A stretch of DNA of 64,000 bases from Phoronis australis. Lineage: Eukaryota; Animalia; Phoronida. The notes beneath the pieces are model-generated. The model was not told the origin of the DNA and did no database searches. It saw only the letters and a program-made list of their open reading frames with translations. The position numbers and the translations under genes were made by a program. The stretch is from assembly GCA_002633005.1 (NCBI GenBank), contig NMRA01000003.1:200129-264128 (forward strand). The letters are read 5' to 3'. Position 1 is the first letter of the stretch, and each line of letters opens with the position of its first letter. This document shows, piece by piece, positions 60,366 through 64,000 of the stretch.

Positions 60366-63300
60366 GTCCGTTGGGCTACTAATGACCAATTGACTCAGCT
60401 GAAATTTAATACAATGGCATTGTAAATACAAAACAGGTAACACCTTAGCAACTGCGCTGTTCAGTTGTATCTCTACAGATTCTAAATTTGCCTATATGTG
60501 AAGCTGGGCCTTCATCCAGACGTGTCAACTATTTGGTATGTGAAACACTCATCACTGCCAAGAAGTGCCACAACAGAACACAAATTTGTATTCGTTGAGG
60601 ACAAACATGCAGTTGCGTCTCAATAATGACAATGTCATCAAAACCACTCCAAGAAATCTTTGAAAACTGTTATGAAGTGTATCTAAGATACCTAAGGGTC
60701 AGCATTGGTTTAAAGCAATCGACGCCTACCTTACCATGGTCCATGTTCTCTATTACATTGTTACTTAACTATAACACATAAAAAAGAATTTTCAGAATGA
60801 AATGTGAAAGTACTGTAGATTAACAGTATAATTAGGAGATTCTTCAAGCAGACATGTGGTGCATTACAGTAGTGATGACCGTGAAATATGAAAGATGACA
60901 TATTTGCTAAAGCATCAAAACAAAAGACATTGTAGTCACCTTTTCTGGAACATTCTTGTGCTGTTCATTCAAAGCAGCGTGATTATCACCAAGGTCACTA
61001 CCTGAATCGCTGTGCATACTCATTTTCTATCCTAGAAAATGAATTTTAAAGGGTGCTTTAGAGAAGGCAAAACAAGACTGTATGAATGTGCAAAAGATAC
61101 CGCCTCGGTCATGTCACAGGCTGGGACATGAAAACAAACAGGTTGATTTGGTGAAAGTTAGGCAAGTTTGACATTTGCAGTTAACGCAATGTGCCCTCAA
61201 TTGTGAAAACTGTGGCACTTGTGTTCGTTTTTACTAAGAGACGGCATTCTGTTTTGTTGAAAACAACTTGACTCTCGCTCCTAAACTGCGGTATTTCATA
61301 ATTTAGGGCCTATTCTAGAGTTGGGCTGACTTGTGAATTTGACGACTTGCCGGACTTCACCGGCCACTAAGCTACTCACGCTGAAGGCAGATAGCAAACT
61401 TAGTTACCTGGTCGATTGATGCAAGTTCACGCTCCCGAAAAAGACATACTATTAGATTACTCTGTATCGGAAACATGTAAACACTGATCTCTTGACATAA
61501 GATATAAAAGACCCTCATAGGTTTTGTTTGCCCCTGACACGGACACCCACCTATCAACCTAAGATTCTAAGTGAGCAGCAAACACATTTTTTGAACTTAT
61601 GGTTTACAAGCACGACATTTGGTCCTAAAACCAACCACTGTAAGATCAAACCTAGTACGTCGGTTATAGTGCTTCTTTTAAAGCGTTATATGGCGTAACA
61701 TGATCAGGGGCTAACATAGCAAACACTTGTAACGCCTTCTGGACCGGCAGCCCGAAACATTTATTTTCGAACAGTCCTTCGTTCAGTTGGCCAAATCGGA
61801 AAGTGGCCACCTTTACACTGCCGGCACCAGGGTATATGACTGCTGTCAGTAGTGACGGTGGTTCTGTCTAGGACTGGGGGGCAGCCACCAGACCAGAAAA
61901 TCATAACTACGGTACATTTGGTGCAATTACTTTAACACGCGCTTTTGAAACAGTCCTTAATGCAATATAGCAGGGACCTCGGACCGCACCCTTTCAAAAT
62001 CTACCCTCAAAGCATGATCCTAATAAAATGAGTAAAATGAAATTTCTATATACTGGGACCTTATAATCGAATCTTGACCTTGGATCTCATTTTCACTCTG
62101 CAAATAGACGAAGTATAAGTTTCTGAGTCATTCATTGTTCATTGTTTCCCGGTGGTGTTATTCAGCTTCTCGTATTTCAGTCACGTGATTTCACAGCACG
62201 CGATTGGAGTGTCTTTCGTTATTCATACTACCCCTAAAGACTTTTTGGCAGTGCGTAATTTTTGCACCCTAGTCATGACGTGAATTTCAGAGAAACCCCA
62301 CAAAGGTTAAAATCGTATCCTACACGCGTAACGCGCTCAACGTGTGTAGGTCTAAAAAGTAACCCTTCCATGTAATTTTTTTGTTGAAACATATGTTCCC
62401 AATTTTATGGCTGTTGGTTCTTGGGGGTTTGCCGCATGCCTATGGGCGTGTGTACTCGTGGGAAGTGGAGCGGGGCAGAAGGGGAATGACAGGTAGGAAT
62501 TTGAAATTTGGGACGACATAAATGGTCAAAAATTAGACGAAGTTGAACTAGTTAGATTCTCGAAGGGCAACTGAAGGAACATGGGAGACAGCTTTGGGGT
62601 TCCACCTTAAGAATTTTTTTGATTTTATTCGTTTTGACGTGTAATTTGGTTCATTCCATGGGTAGCCTAGTTCATCCACCGACTTTAGAACGGATCTGAC
62701 TGCTGCTGTGCCCCTTAGTTGCAATTAAATATTTTAGTTTTCCCTCTGTACAATAACAGAAATAACAGAGTAATGATAATTTTAGTGTCGATAACCAACT
62801 TAGTTAACTCAAGAAAAAGTGTAAGATTTTGATTCATCATTTTTTACCCTCACACACTTGCTTCTTGTTTGCTTCTTGTTTGCCCGTGTTTCACGAGCGT
62901 GCAGATCATGTGAACTCTGAAAACTGTTGTACTCCCGTAAAATTACGCTCATCTGTCTCGACTGTAAAGCGATGAGCGCATATATTTTGAACACTAAATA
63001 GTTATGTAGGACTTTATTGACAAGTCGGTAATAATAGTCACTTACAAGGGTATTGCATTTTGAGAACATGTTTTCTCTAAGGCATCAAACAGGTTCTCAA
63101 ATTAGCCATTTAGCCATATAGCTACGAAACAACAGAATTTATCTCAGAGAACATAATTTTCTGAAAGAAGAAACTTTGAACTTTGACCCTATGCCAACTA
63201 CAATCACTTGGGTCTCGTGACTGTCTTTTTAGTAAAACCAAGGAGTGTAGCATGAAAGTTTCATATGAATCCAATCGGTCATTTTGGAGAAACAATTTGA

Positions 63301-64000
63301 CTATTTTTCTAGAGTACTAAATAATGTTAACAGATCATCCAATCTTGCGCCCGTAAATGTGCGCTTGTAATTTGCGCTCGTATTACACTTACAATTCACG
63401 TTCGTAAAACACGGGTGTTAAATTACGCCTGTAATTTACGCAGCGTAATTTAGGAACAACACCCTACATCCAACGAAACATACTTGCCAATCACCAGTGT
63501 CCCGGTGAGACCGTTGCGCTTCTTGCCTTTTTGGCTACGCTTTGTCTCAAGTCCCGCTACGGAATGATAATGACTCGCTTTTTTGACAGTCTGTGCGAAA
63601 TGTACGGAATATCGCATATTTCTATGCTTTTTACGCGATTTCCTGTTCGATTTCACCTGCTCCAATAAAAAACATCGCCGTGAGTCTGTGACTGTTACGG
63701 AGAACATTATTTGCTCCTTGCAGTATAACCTAAACCCAAGTGTCCCGCTTTTTCATTATCAAATGTTGGCGATTATGAGCAACATTGTTACGAAGATACG
63801 TATTTATATAGTTTTGTACCAAAGCTACCGCTAAGGATAGTGCAATGTAGTCCGGAACTACGATCTTTTAAGTGTCATTTCTAATTCTGAACGTCACACA
63901 AGTAGGCCTAGATAATTATGAAGTTTCGTAAGGTAGAGCTGAATTTTTAAATTTCATGAATGTAAATCTGCTAAGTAGAGCGAAATCGGATTGGAAAAAT

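Noticed and set aside
59684-60382. Long alternative-frame and antisense ORFs (222, 138, 111 aa) over the annexin tail
   Set aside because: Expected from a stop-poor tandem repeat containing the palindrome GGATATCC; no independent evidence of coding.

Overview
Eukaryotic, intron-rich, AT-rich genomic DNA from an invertebrate animal; the repeat types look lophotrochozoan or mollusc-like, which is inference only. I rebuilt five spliced genes by hand, all with GT-AG junctions and consistent phases: the 3' part of FNIP (+), ECSIT (-), a 9-exon HAP40/F8A (+), MBOAT7/LPIAT1 (-) and an annexin A7/A11-like gene with a repeat-expanded GYPP/His N-terminus (-). ECSIT and HAP40 are head-to-head across a very short promoter. 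FNIP/ECSIT and HAP40/MBOAT7 are tail-to-tail with probably overlapping 3' UTRs. Introns hold many transposon relics: CAG...CTG elements with 5-bp TSDs, a Helentron-type non-autonomous element, tRNA-derived SINEs, a Gypsy relic, a Penelope endonuclease fragment, a THAP fragment and minisatellites. I see no firm evidence for a wholly new system. The best leads are MBOAT7 exon 1 sitting between matching transposon ends, candidate ALIX-binding and Cys/His degron motifs in the FNIP large exon, the ECSIT/HAP40 shared promoter and the His-rich annexin tail. All homology calls come from recalled family sequences, not database searches.
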